From an uncultured candidatus Brocadiaceae bacterium (GTDB lineage Bacteria; Planctomycetota; Brocadiia; SM23-32), in assembly GCA_964572825.1 (NCBI GenBank), contig CAZNGS010000009.1, forward strand, positions 8,413-72,412: 64,000 nucleotides of DNA. Reading direction: 5' to 3'. The stretch's first letter is position 1. Every line of letters starts with the position of its first letter. This document shows positions 40,378 through 49,435 of this stretch, one piece after another. Below the pieces are notes generated by a model, which saw only the letters and a program-made list of their open reading frames with translations, did no database searches and had not been told where the DNA came from. A program made the translations under genes and the position numbers.

Positions 40378-41703
40378 TCAGGACCCCTCCTGGTCTCTGC
40401 GGATGCGTTCGCCCCAGAGCTGCTCCCGCCGGGAGAGGTCCGCCGGTTCGCCTCCCCGCCGGAAGGTGGCCGTGTGACCGGCGGCGATGTGCCTGGTGAC
40501 GTCGCCCGTTTTGGCCGAGACTTCTCCCTCGAAAACGGACACGGTCACCACGTCCGGCGTGGAGGCGATGAGCTCCGCCCGGGCCGAGCGAACGATGACG
40601 GTCACCGGCGTGGTGTTCACCTGGATGGACTTCTTGCCCCCGGGGTTCACCACCAGGGCCTCACCCTCATGCAGGCTGACCATCTCCGGGCCGTGCGCGG
40701 TCATGCGCCCGCCGCCCGCAAGGTACACCATCCGTCCGGCGCCGCCGGCCAGCTTCAGGCGGGCCACCGCGCCCTCCGGGACGCGGCAGACGACGTCCTG
40801 CCGCAGCTTCGTCGAATTCCCCCGCTCCACAAGCGCCGTCCCGGAGTTGACCTGGCCCTGCAGGGCCGTCACGGTGGCCACGGGGCGCAGGTTGGACCAG
40901 GTCACCATGGCCACGATGACCACCGCCACGGCACCGGAGAAACGCAGAAACGAAAACAGAGTCTCCCGCCCGGGGGCCGCCAGCAGGACGCCCAGGTCAT
41001 AGAGCACGATGAGGGTGACGGCCATCATGACCTGGGTCAGGGGGTCGGGGGGGGTCAGGAAGGCCCCCACCACGAAGGCCCCCAGGATGACGCCCTTGCG
41101 GATGGTGCGCAGGCTCTTGATGCTGACAATCTTCCACTTCAGCAAATGGTAAATGACCACGGGGGTCTGGAAGGCCAGGCCCATGGCGAAGACCATCAGG
41201 AAGAGCAGGGACAGGTAGGGACCGATCATCAGCACCGGCTCCAGCCCGGCGCCGGAGAGCCGGAGCAGGTAGCGGAAGGCGAAGGGGACGAAGAAGAAAT
41301 ACGCGAACGATACCCCCGCCAGGAAGCACGCGGCACAGGCCATGCCCAGCACGAGCATCTTCCGCCGCTCCCCCGGGAACAGGCCCGGCGAGACGAACGC
41401 CCACACCTGGTAGATGATGAACGGGGCGCAGACAATCAGCGCAACAACCGCGCAGGCGATCAACTGCGCCCAGAGGGGCTCGAAGTACTTGCTGAACTTC
41501 AGGGTGGTGTCCAGCTCCAGCGCCCTGGTCGCCTGGACGTGGGGGTACTTGAGGACCTCGATAACCTCCTGCCGCACGATCAGCAACGCCACGGCCACGA
41601 CCGCGAAGGCGACGATGCACAGGATGATGCGTCGGCGCAGCTCCTCAAGGTGCTCCCCCAGGCTCATGACGGCGCCGAACTGCTCCTGCTGGTCCGTGGC
41701 CAC
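40378..41703 (-). CDS. tatC: twin-arginine translocase subunit TatC fused to a C-terminal FecR-like domain
   Basis: The N-terminal 270 aa are TatC (MSLGEHLEELRRRIILCIVAF..., six TM helices). An extra hydrophobic helix follows. After it, about 140 aa match the FecR fold pattern (RLKLAGGAGRMVYLAGGGRMTAHG...VTVIVRSARAELIASTPDVVTVSVFEGEVSA). The start is GTG. Confidence 0.75.
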   Translation of the reverse strand: MATDQQEQFGAVMSLGEHLEELRRRIILCIVAFAVVAVALLIVRQEVIEVLKYPHVQATRALELDTTLKFSKYFEPLWAQLIACAVVALIVCAPFIIYQVWAFVSPGLFPGERRKMLVLGMACAACFLAGVSFAYFFFVPFAFRYLLRLSGAGLEPVLMIGPYLSLLFLMVFAMGLAFQTPVVIYHLLKWKIVSIKSLRTIRKGVILGAFVVGAFLTPPDPLTQVMMAVTLIVLYDLGVLLAAPGRETLFSFLRFSGAVAVVIVAMVTWSNLRPVATVTALQGQVNSGTALVERGNSTKLRQDVVCRVPEGAVARLKLAGGAGRMVYLAGGGRMTAHGPEMVSLHEGEALVVNPGGKKSIQVNTTPVTVIVRSARAELIASTPDVVTVSVFEGEVSAKTGDVTRHIAAGHTATFRRGGEPADLSRREQLWGERIRRDQEGS

Positions 41704-41755
41704 GCTTCAGGCTCCGAAGTGGTCGTCGAAAAGGAGAAAACCGGGTGAAGGATGC

Positions 41756-41785
41756 ATTATACAGGCCCCGCGCGAAGGGCCAAAG
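41756..41785 (-). promoter_or_regulatory. candidate extended -10 promoter (TGtATAAT) for tatC
   Basis: The minus strand reads TGTATAAT (41763-41756) with a weak -35 about 15-16 nt upstream. It lies about 55 nt upstream of the GTG start. Confidence 0.3.
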
Positions 41786-41816
41786 GAGATGACGCTACGG
41801 GGCCGGGGCCGGCGGA

Positions 41817-43274
41817 TCAATACTCTTTGCGCTGGCGCGAGGACGGTATCTCCAGGATCTTGCGATACTTGGAGACGGTCCGCCGTGCGATGTCGATGCC
41901 CTGCTTGCCGAGTTCGGCGGCGAGTTGCTCGTCGGACAGGGGGTCGCTCTTATCCTCGTTCTCGATAACGTGCAGGAGTTTCTGCCGGACGACCTCCCAG
42001 GACTCCATCTCCCCGTCGTCCTTCTCCAAACCGCCGGTGAAGAAATGCTTCAGCGCGAAGATGCCCTGAGGGGTCTGAACGTATTTGTCCGCGATGGCCC
42101 GGCTGACCGTGGAGATGTGGACGCCGACCTTGTCGGCGATCTCCTGCATCTTCAGCGGCTTCAGGTGCATGGGGCCCTTTTCGAAGAACTCCCGCTGTTC
42201 GTCGACGATGGCGCTGGCGATGTTGTAGATGGTGCTGCGTCGCTGCTGGATGGCGTCCAGAAGCCACTTGGCGCTCTGGAGTTTCTCCTTCAGGTATTCC
42301 CGGGTTTTCTCGTCCAGGTCTTCCTGCTGGAGGCGGCGGGCATAGTAGCCACAGATGCGCAGGGGAGGCAGGGCTTCCTCCTCCAGCACGACCCGGAACT
42401 CTCCCTCCACCAGCTCCACGCGCAGATCGGGCATGACGTGAGGGGCGGCTTCCTCGGCGAACAGGGCGCCAGGGATGGGGTTGAGCCTGGCGATCTTCTC
42501 GACCGCCTCCTTGAGCTGTTCGATGGAGCAGTTCATCGCCTTCGCCACGCGGGGATAGCGGTTCTTGGCAATGTCCTCGAAATGCCGCTCCACGAGTCGT
42601 GTCAGGAACTGGTAATCGGGGGCACGGTCATCGAGCTGGATGACCAGGCATTCCTGGATGTCGCGGGCGCCGACGCCGGGCGGCTCCAGCCTCTGCACGA
42701 CGCGCAGCGCCTCCTCGGCCTGCTCTACGCTGTAGTCCCCTTCGGCGGACTGGACGATCTCCTCCAGGGAGCCGTCCAGGTATCCCCGCCAGTCCAGATT
42801 GGCGACGATATGCTCGCACAGGGCGCGCAGCGCGTCGTCCAGCTCCACGTAGGCCAGTTGCCGGAGCAGGTGTTCCTCCAGCGATATTCCGGGGGCGGGG
42901 GAGTTTTCCAGGGCCGCCAGCTTGGGATCTTTCTCGCCGTCGGAGGAGGAAGACCTGCGCGGCCCGTAGGTGTCGTATTCCCCCGGCTGGATCAGGTCTT
43001 CCAGCGCGTCGTAATCCTCGTTCTCCAGCGGTTCTTCTTCGGGTTCCTCTTCGGCCGTTTCAGCGGCAGGCTCTTCTGCCGCCGCTTCCGGACCCTCCTG
43101 GGTCTGCTCCTGTTCGGTGCTGATTTCCAGCAGCGGATTCTCCAGCAGTTCCTGGTCGATGCGCCCCCTCAACTCCATCAGCGGGAGCTGGAGTATCTCG
43201 ATGGATTGGATAATCTGAGGCGCCAGCTTGAGGCGCATCTCCTGGCGCGCTTGCAGGCTGGCTTCCAGTCTCAT
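41817..43274 (-). CDS. rpoN: RNA polymerase sigma-54 factor
   Basis: Region I reads MRLEASLQARQEMRLKLAPQIIQSIEILQLPLMEL. The C-terminal RpoN box reads ARRTVSKYRKILEIPSSRQRK. The ATG at 43274 is preferred. An in-frame GTG at 43313 with AGGAG is an alternative start. Confidence 0.9.
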   Translation of the reverse strand: MRLEASLQARQEMRLKLAPQIIQSIEILQLPLMELRGRIDQELLENPLLEISTEQEQTQEGPEAAAEEPAAETAEEEPEEEPLENEDYDALEDLIQPGEYDTYGPRRSSSSDGEKDPKLAALENSPAPGISLEEHLLRQLAYVELDDALRALCEHIVANLDWRGYLDGSLEEIVQSAEGDYSVEQAEEALRVVQRLEPPGVGARDIQECLVIQLDDRAPDYQFLTRLVERHFEDIAKNRYPRVAKAMNCSIEQLKEAVEKIARLNPIPGALFAEEAAPHVMPDLRVELVEGEFRVVLEEEALPPLRICGYYARRLQQEDLDEKTREYLKEKLQSAKWLLDAIQQRRSTIYNIASAIVDEQREFFEKGPMHLKPLKMQEIADKVGVHISTVSRAIADKYVQTPQGIFALKHFFTGGLEKDDGEMESWEVVRQKLLHVIENEDKSDPLSDEQLAAELGKQGIDIARRTVSKYRKILEIPSSRQRKEY

Positions 43275-43287
43275 GTAACTCACCCGC

Positions 43288-43911
43288 TCACTTCTGAAGT
43301 TCGCTCGATTCACCCATCTCCTGCCGCCCCGCCAGGGCCTCGCCCAGCACGGCGGAGTTGGCGTAGTCGAGCTGGCTGCCCGCCGGGATGCCCCTGGCCA
43401 GGCGGGTCACCTTCACCGGCAGGTCGGCCAGCGCCTCGCGCACGTACAGCACGGTGGCTTCGCCCTCCATGTCGGCGTTGCATGCCAGGATTAGCTCTTC
43501 CACGCCTCCGGCGGCCACGCGCTCCACCAGGCTGTCCACGGTCAGGTCGTCGGGCTCCATGCCCTCCAGGGGGGCCAGGCGACCGCAGAGCACGTGGTAG
43601 AGGCCGCGGTAATCGGTCTGCTCCATCGCCACCACGTCCTTCGATTCCTCCACCACGCAGATCGTGGACCGGTCTCGCCGGGGGTCGCCGCAGATGGCGC
43701 AGGGATCGCTCTCGGAGAAGTGGTGGCAGGTCGAACACTGCGTGACCCTGTCCTTGACCTCGCGGATGGCGTCGGCCAGCGCCAGCGCCTCGTCGCGGGG
43801 CAGACGCAACACGTGATAGGCCAGCCGCTCGGCGGTCTTCTCCCCGACGCCGGGCATGTGCCCGAGCAACTCCATGAGTCGCTCCAGCGATTCGGTGTAA
43901 CCTCTGGCCAC
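43288..43911 (-). CDS. recR: recombination protein RecR
   Basis: The HhH reads ELLGHMPGVGEKTAERLAYHVL. The C4 zinc finger is CSTCHHFSESDPCAIC. A Toprim follows. The GTG start at 43911 has GGGAGG...AAAGGA upstream. Confidence 0.9.
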   Translation of the reverse strand: MARGYTESLERLMELLGHMPGVGEKTAERLAYHVLRLPRDEALALADAIREVKDRVTQCSTCHHFSESDPCAICGDPRRDRSTICVVEESKDVVAMEQTDYRGLYHVLCGRLAPLEGMEPDDLTVDSLVERVAAGGVEELILACNADMEGEATVLYVREALADLPVKVTRLARGIPAGSQLDYANSAVLGEALAGRQEMGESSELQK

Positions 43912-43978
43912 CGTCCTTTGCCTCCCACGACGAACCGGTGTCGATATACTATCCGATGTGCCACCCGTTCGCAATACG

Positions 43979-44329
43979 TCAGAGCAGATTGCCCAGCCCC
44001 GGGATGTTGAGCCCGCCGGTCACTTTGGCGCGCTCGGATTCTTCCAGCTCCCTGGACTTTTTCAGGCCCTGGCGGATGGCCGCCAGGATCATCTCCTGCA
44101 GGAACTCCGGACCCTCCTCCTCCAGGACGACCGGGTCGATGCGCACGTCCAGCGGCTCCTGCAGACCGTTGAACAGCACCTTCACCATGCCTCCGCCGGC
44201 GCTGCCCTCGACGGCGCGTTCCCGCAGGTCCTCCTCGACCTCGCTCATGCGTCTCTGGATGTCCTTGATCTGTTTCTGGGCCTGTTTCATGAGGCCGCCG
44301 AAGTCCTTCATGCCTCCAAAACCTCTCAT
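43979..44329 (-). CDS. ybaB: YbaB/EbfC nucleoid-associated protein
   Basis: MKDFGGLMKQAQKQIKDIQRRMSEVEEDL gives a YbaB family protein of about 110 aa, between dnaX and recR. Confidence 0.85.
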   Translation of the reverse strand: MRGFGGMKDFGGLMKQAQKQIKDIQRRMSEVEEDLRERAVEGSAGGGMVKVLFNGLQEPLDVRIDPVVLEEEGPEFLQEMILAAIRQGLKKSRELEESERAKVTGGLNIPGLGNLL

Positions 44330-44333
44330 AATC

Positions 44334-45842
44334 TCACTCCTGTTGGGGCCGAAGCCCGTCCTCTCCCAGTGATTCGTCGTCCTCTGACTCTTCCGTTTCG
44401 GGGCTGAGCTTCTCCAGCCGCTGCGGATTGAGCCCCAGCGTTTCCTCGGCCTTCAGGAACGCCTGCATCAGCGGCTTGTCCTCCAGGGCCTCCTTCACTT
44501 CTTCCGGGTCATCCGCTACGGCCAGGAGCTGCCGATACTTGACCTCGTCCATACCCTCCGGCAGGTCGTGCCGGGGAGCCGGGGCCGCTTCGGCGTTGCC
44601 CTTATTGTTCGACAGCTTCTCCCGCATCCTTCGCAGGGCGCCGGTTGTCGCCCCGCTGCCGGACGGGGAGGAAGCTTGCTGCTCCCGCGCGGGGCCCGAT
44701 GGGGACGGAGTGCCGGTGCCCTCCCGCACCGCGCCCAACGCCTCCGCCAGGGGAACCAGGTCGGCCATCCGGCACATGCGTATCACGGCCAGCTCCAGCG
44801 CGATGCGGCCCGTGCTCTCCCGCCGGGCCCGGAGGGCCGCTTCTCGCAGGAGCTGGATCATGTAGGTAAGCTGATCCTCCGAAAACGCGCCGCTCTGGCG
44901 GGTGAGCGTCTCGGCGCCCGCCGCCGAACCGGCCAGCAGCGGCGCGTCGGCCCCCGCGCAGGAGGCCACCAGCAGGTCGCGCACGTATTCGGCCGTCTGC
45001 CGGGTAAAATCTTCAATGGAGGTCCCCCCGCTCAACGCCTCGTCCAGCACCTCCAGCGCGGCGGCGGGGTCCTCCTCCGCCACGGCATCGATCAGCCGCG
45101 TCAGCACGCGCGTATCCACCGCCCCCAGCACGGCCAGCACGTCGGGCATGCGTACGTGGTCGCCGAACGCCGCCAGCTGGTCCAGCGCGCCCAGGGCGTC
45201 CCGCATGCTCCCCCGCGCGGCGCGGGCAATGGCGGGCAGACCGCCCTGCTCGACCTGCAGCCCTTCGTTCTCGCACACGCCCCGCAGGGCATTCACCAGC
45301 TCCGCGTCCGAGATGCGGCGGAAGTCGAACCGCTGACAGCGGCTCCTGACGGTTTCGGGAACGCGCTGCGGATCGGTGGTGGAGAAGATGAACTTCACGT
45401 GCGGGGGCGGTTCTTCCAGGGTCTTCAGCAGTGCGTTGAAGGCCTCCGTGGTCAGCATGTGGACCTCGTCGATGTAATAGACCTTGAAGCGGCTTCGGGC
45501 CGGGGACAGGCCCGCGTTCTGCCGCAGCTCCCGCACGTTGTCGATGCCCCGGTTGGAGGCCCCGTCGATCTCCAGCACGTCGATGTCGTTTCCGGCCGCG
45601 ATGCGCCGGCACGCGTCGCACTCGCAGCAGGGCTTGGGCGTGGGGCCCTGCTCGCAGTTGAGGGCCTTCGCCAGGATGCGGGCCACGGTCGTCTTGCCGA
45701 TGCCGCGGGAGCCGCAGAACAGGTAGGCGTGGGCGACGCGGTCCGTGCGCACGGCGTTCTGGAGCGTCCGCGTGACGTGCTGCTGCCCGATCACGTCCTC
45801 GAAGCGCTGAGGGCGGTATTTGCGGGCGAAGACGACGTACAT
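44334..45842 (-). CDS. dnaX: DNA polymerase III subunit gamma/tau
   Basis: MYVVFARKYRPQRFEDVIGQQHV...GSRGIGKTTVARILAKALNCE..CCECDACRRI..DEVHMLT is the DnaX signature. The start is the ATG at about 45842. The ORF-track TTG-extended version runs into the SRP RNA. My line-label counting placed these codons 1 nt higher, so coordinates carry about 1 nt of uncertainty. Confidence 0.9.
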   Translation of the reverse strand: MYVVFARKYRPQRFEDVIGQQHVTRTLQNAVRTDRVAHAYLFCGSRGIGKTTVARILAKALNCEQGPTPKPCCECDACRRIAAGNDIDVLEIDGASNRGIDNVRELRQNAGLSPARSRFKVYYIDEVHMLTTEAFNALLKTLEEPPPHVKFIFSTTDPQRVPETVRSRCQRFDFRRISDAELVNALRGVCENEGLQVEQGGLPAIARAARGSMRDALGALDQLAAFGDHVRMPDVLAVLGAVDTRVLTRLIDAVAEEDPAAALEVLDEALSGGTSIEDFTRQTAEYVRDLLVASCAGADAPLLAGSAAGAETLTRQSGAFSEDQLTYMIQLLREAALRARRESTGRIALELAVIRMCRMADLVPLAEALGAVREGTGTPSPSGPAREQQASSPSGSGATTGALRRMREKLSNNKGNAEAAPAPRHDLPEGMDEVKYRQLLAVADDPEEVKEALEDKPLMQAFLKAEETLGLNPQRLEKLSPETEESEDDESLGEDGLRPQQE

Positions 45843-45924
45843 CGGCGCTCTCTCGGTCAGGGAAGTTGGGCCGTGCGCTCCGATCGGCCCTGCCTTCCCG
45901 GGCAGCAACCCCCGAGCGACTCGG

Positions 45925-46025
45925 GGCAAGCAACCCCACGGCAGTCCGGGGTACTGCTTATGGCTGCTGGCTTCCGCCCCTGACCAGGTTCACAGCCGCC
46001 CGGCTCCATGGGACCCACCCGTCAA
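45925..46025 (-). ncRNA. ffs: signal recognition particle RNA (small bacterial 4.5S type), ends approximate
   Basis: The minus strand reads ...CCCAUGGAGCCGGGCGGCUGUGAACCUGGUCAGGGGCGGAAGCCAGCAGCCAUAAGCAGUACCCCGGACUGCCGUGGG... It contains the domain IV signature GUCAGG-GGC-GGAA-GCC-AGCAGC with a GGAA tetraloop. Flanking complementary arms pair CCCAUGG/CCGUGGG and CCGGG/CCCGG. It sits immediately upstream of dnaX, the conserved genomic position. Confidence 0.6.
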
Positions 46026-46311
46026 TGACGCCCGGGCAGTCCTGTACCACGGGGAGGCAAACAAGCCTCACGAAGTGGTCAGCCCTGCTGGAGCGGTTTG
46101 CAGGTTACAGGGCACCGCTAGCGCCCCGCTTAGCACGGCCCGCGTCTCGTCGGAATCTTACATCCGTCCGGTGCACGGTGGGCCATCCGGTAAGCTATCA
46201 CAGCCGCCCTCCACGCGCAACCGAAACCGCCCCCGGCCACCTTCCATTTGACCCGGCCGCCCGAGATGCGTATGCTGTTCGACCATCCGATTTTGTGGCG
46301 GGGAATATAGC

Positions 46312-47106
46312 ATGCTCATCATCGGCGAAAGAATCAACGCCACCCGCGGGCCCATCGCCCGCGCACTCAAAGAACGCAACGCGGAGAAGATCGCACACGA
46401 GGCCCGCGTCCAGGCCGAAGCCGGGGCCGACTTTATCGACGTGAACGGCGCCAGCGACCCCTCGCACGAGGCCGAGAACCTGCGGTGGGCCCTGGAGGTG
46501 GTGCAGGAGGCCGTGAACCTGCCGGTCTGCGTGGACTCCGCCAATCCGGACATCCTGCGGGAGGCCGTCGAGCTGGTCGAGTCCGAGCGAATGATGCTCA
46601 ACTCCGCTACGGCCGAGGACGGCAAGCTGCAGACGGTCATGGACATCGCCGCCGGCACGGGCGCTCTCGTGGTGGCCCTCGCCATGGACGACAGCGGAGC
46701 GCCGGACACTGCTGAGCGGCGCGTGTCCGTCGCCGCCCGCCTGATTGAGGCCGCCGAGGAAGCCGGCGTCCCCCGGGAACGGGTTTACGTGGACCCCTGC
46801 GTGCAGCCCATCGGCACGGACGCCACCCAGGGCATGGAGGTCATCTCGGCGGTGTTCCGCATCATGCAGAACTTCCCCGGGGTGCACACCACGTGCGGAT
46901 TGTCCAACATCAGTTTCGGCCTCCCCAACCGCAGCCTCATCAACCGCACCTACCTGTCCTGCCTGATCGTGGCCGGCCTGGACTCCGCCATCCTCGATCC
47001 CACGGAAGAAGGCATGAAGGAGGCGATATGCGTCGGGAAGGTTCTCGCCGGGCGCGACGAATTCTGCATGGACTACATCCGCGCCATGCGGGACAGGGAA
47101 CCGTAG
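46312..47106 (+). CDS. pterin-binding methyltransferase (methyltetrahydrofolate:corrinoid methyltransferase, AcsE/MtrH/MetH-domain family)
   Basis: MLIIGERINATRG...FIDVNGAS...GLSNISFGLP is the pterin-binding (DHPS-like) methyl-H4folate methyltransferase signature. Confidence 0.75.
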   Translation: MLIIGERINATRGPIARALKERNAEKIAHEARVQAEAGADFIDVNGASDPSHEAENLRWALEVVQEAVNLPVCVDSANPDILREAVELVESERMMLNSATAEDGKLQTVMDIAAGTGALVVALAMDDSGAPDTAERRVSVAARLIEAAEEAGVPRERVYVDPCVQPIGTDATQGMEVISAVFRIMQNFPGVHTTCGLSNISFGLPNRSLINRTYLSCLIVAGLDSAILDPTEEGMKEAICVGKVLAGRDEFCMDYIRAMRDREP

Positions 47107-47128
47107 CCCGCCGAAACGGCGGGGGGGA

Positions 47129-49435
47129 TCAGGACTCGGAGGAAGCCGCCTTTTCCCTGCCCGAGAGGTACCGGTCAATCGACGCGGCCGCGCGTTTGCC
47201 GGCGCCCATTGCCTGGATGACGGTGGCCGCGCCGGTGACGATGTCGCCCCCGGCGTAGACCCCCGGCAGGCTGGTCTGCCCCGTCACAACGTCCGCGTCG
47301 ACGGTGCCCCAATCGGTCACTTTCAGACCCGGCGTGGTCTGCGGGACGAGCGGGTGGGGCCGGTTGCCGTAAGCGACGATCACCATGTCCACCGAGAACT
47401 CCATCTCCGAGCCCTGGATGGGGATGGGTCGCCGGCGCCCGTCCTCGCCCGGCTCACCCAGCTCCATGCGGACACAGCGCAGCCCGCGAACCCATCCCTT
47501 CTCGTCCCCGAGCACCTCGACGGCGTTGTGCAGCCACATGAAGCGGATGCCTTCCTCTCTGCCGTGCTCCAGTTCCGCGTCCCGTGCCGGCGATTCTTCC
47601 ACGCTGCGGCGGTAGACGATGTGCACCTCTTTTGCTCCCAGCCGCAGCGCCGTCCTCGCGGAATCCATGGCCACGTTGCCGCCGCCCAGCACGGCTACCC
47701 GGTCCCTGACCATCACCGGCGTGGCATAGTCGGGCCGGTAGCCGCGCATCAGGTTGACCCGCGTGAGGTACTCGTTGGCGCTCAGGACGCCGTTGAGGTT
47801 TTCCCCCGGTATGTCGCCGAAGATGGGCGTGCCCGCGCCGGAACCGATGAAGACGGCCTCGAAGCCCTCCTCGAACAGGTCCTCGACCGCGGCCGTCTTG
47901 CCCACCACGAAGTTGCAGACGATCTCAACGCCCATCGAGCCCACATACTCCACTTCCTGGGCCACCACTTCCTTGGGAAGCCTGAAGGCCGGTATGCCGT
48001 AGAGCAGCACCCCGCCGGGCTCGTGGAGGGCCTCGAAAACGGTGGGCGCGTATCCCTTCCTGCCCAGTTCGCCGGCGGCCGTCAGTCCCGCCGGGCCGGA
48101 GCCGACCACGGCGACCCGACCCTTCGCGTCCGCCGCGACCGAGGGCGGCTGGACCAATCCCTCCTCCCGCTCGTAATCGGCGGCAAATCGCTCCAGGTTG
48201 CCGATCGCAACCGATTCTCCCCGGCGGCCCAGCACGCACAGCCCCTCGCACTGGTCCTCCTGGGGACAGACGCGGCCGCATATGGCGGGCAGGGAGTTGT
48301 CCTCCTTCAGCACCCGGGCCGCGCCCGGGAAGTCCTCCTCCGCGATGCGTTGGATGAAGCCCGGGATGTCGATGCCCACCGGGCAGCCCTCGACGCACTG
48401 GGGGTCCCTGCATTGCAGGCAGCGCCGGGCCTCCACGACGGCCTGCTCGGGACGCAGGCCCAGGGGAACCTCCCCGAAATTGCGCACCCGCACCGCGACG
48501 GGCTGCTCGGGCATGGGCTGGCGCGGTATCTGGACGGGCTTCTCTGCGGAACGGCCGGCCTCCAGCAGGGCCTCCTGGAGCCGCGTGTGCTCCAGGTCGC
48601 AGCCGTGCGCGGGCTGGTATTGGGGCAGGTTCCGCTTGCGGAAATCGTCATCGTACTGGCTCAGACGGCGTGCCAGCTCCTGGAAGTCCACCCGGTGTCC
48701 GTCGAACTCCGGCCCGTCCACGCAGGCAAATTTGGTCTCCCCGCCCACTGTCACCCGGCAGCCGCCGCACATACCCGTGCCATCCACCATGATGGGGTTG
48801 AGGCTCACGATCGTCCTCACGCCGAACGGGCGCGTTACCCCGCTGATGGCGGCCATCATGGGGACGGGCCCCACGGCATAAACGGCGTCGATCTGCTCCT
48901 CGGATTCCAGCATCCCCTGCAGGAGGTCCGTGGGGAACCCGTGGTAACCGGCCGAGCCGTCGTCGGTGGCGATTTCCAGTTCGTCGCAGGTTCGGTCCAT
49001 CTCATCGCGCAGGATGAGCAGCTCCTCGGTGCGGGCGCTGATGATCCCGCTCAGACGATCGGCCCGGCGGGCCAGGGCGCTCGCGATCGGCCAGATGAGG
49101 GCGATTCCCACTCCGCCGCCCACCGCCACGGCGTGCGTGGCGGGCAGTATCTCCGTGGGCTGCCCCAGCGGGCCCGCCACGTCCGGGACCAGGTCTCCGG
49201 GCTCCATGGCGGCAAGCTGGCGGGTGCTGGCGCCGACGGCCTGGAAGATGATGGTGATGGAGAGCGCACGCGGGTCGGCCTGGGCCACGGTCAGAGGCAC
49301 CCGCTCGCCCCGTTCGGTGGGCCGCACGACCACGAACTGCCCCACCTGCCGGGCAACCGCGATGCGGGGGGCGTGGATCGTCATCCGGTAAATATCGGGA
49401 GCCAGCTCTTCTTTGCTGAGTATCTCGAATCTCAT
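47129..49435 (-). CDS. fused ferredoxin-NADP+ reductase-like domain (NfnA/SudB/PyrK type, FAD + 2Fe-2S) and glutamate-synthase-small-chain-like domain (NfnB/SudA/GltD type)
   Basis: An N-terminal PyrK-like domain (MRFEILSKEEL...GTGMCGGCRV...FACVDGPEF) is fused in frame to a GltD-like domain. That domain has two 4Fe-4S motifs (CLQCRDPQCVEGCP, CGRVCPQEDQCEGLC) and two dinucleotide folds (VAVVGSGPAGLTAAGEL, VAVLGGGNVAMD). The start ATG at 49435 overlaps the galU stop as ATGA. Confidence 0.75.
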   Translation of the reverse strand: MRFEILSKEELAPDIYRMTIHAPRIAVARQVGQFVVVRPTERGERVPLTVAQADPRALSITIIFQAVGASTRQLAAMEPGDLVPDVAGPLGQPTEILPATHAVAVGGGVGIALIWPIASALARRADRLSGIISARTEELLILRDEMDRTCDELEIATDDGSAGYHGFPTDLLQGMLESEEQIDAVYAVGPVPMMAAISGVTRPFGVRTIVSLNPIMVDGTGMCGGCRVTVGGETKFACVDGPEFDGHRVDFQELARRLSQYDDDFRKRNLPQYQPAHGCDLEHTRLQEALLEAGRSAEKPVQIPRQPMPEQPVAVRVRNFGEVPLGLRPEQAVVEARRCLQCRDPQCVEGCPVGIDIPGFIQRIAEEDFPGAARVLKEDNSLPAICGRVCPQEDQCEGLCVLGRRGESVAIGNLERFAADYEREEGLVQPPSVAADAKGRVAVVGSGPAGLTAAGELGRKGYAPTVFEALHEPGGVLLYGIPAFRLPKEVVAQEVEYVGSMGVEIVCNFVVGKTAAVEDLFEEGFEAVFIGSGAGTPIFGDIPGENLNGVLSANEYLTRVNLMRGYRPDYATPVMVRDRVAVLGGGNVAMDSARTALRLGAKEVHIVYRRSVEESPARDAELEHGREEGIRFMWLHNAVEVLGDEKGWVRGLRCVRMELGEPGEDGRRRPIPIQGSEMEFSVDMVIVAYGNRPHPLVPQTTPGLKVTDWGTVDADVVTGQTSLPGVYAGGDIVTGAATVIQAMGAGKRAAASIDRYLSGREKAASSES

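Noticed and set aside
45843-45929. TTG-initiated N-terminal extension of dnaX (MPRVARGLLPGKAGPIGAHGPTSLTERAP)
   Set aside because: It overlaps the SRP RNA 3' hairpin and has no homology. DnaX homology starts at MYVVFARKYRPQRF.
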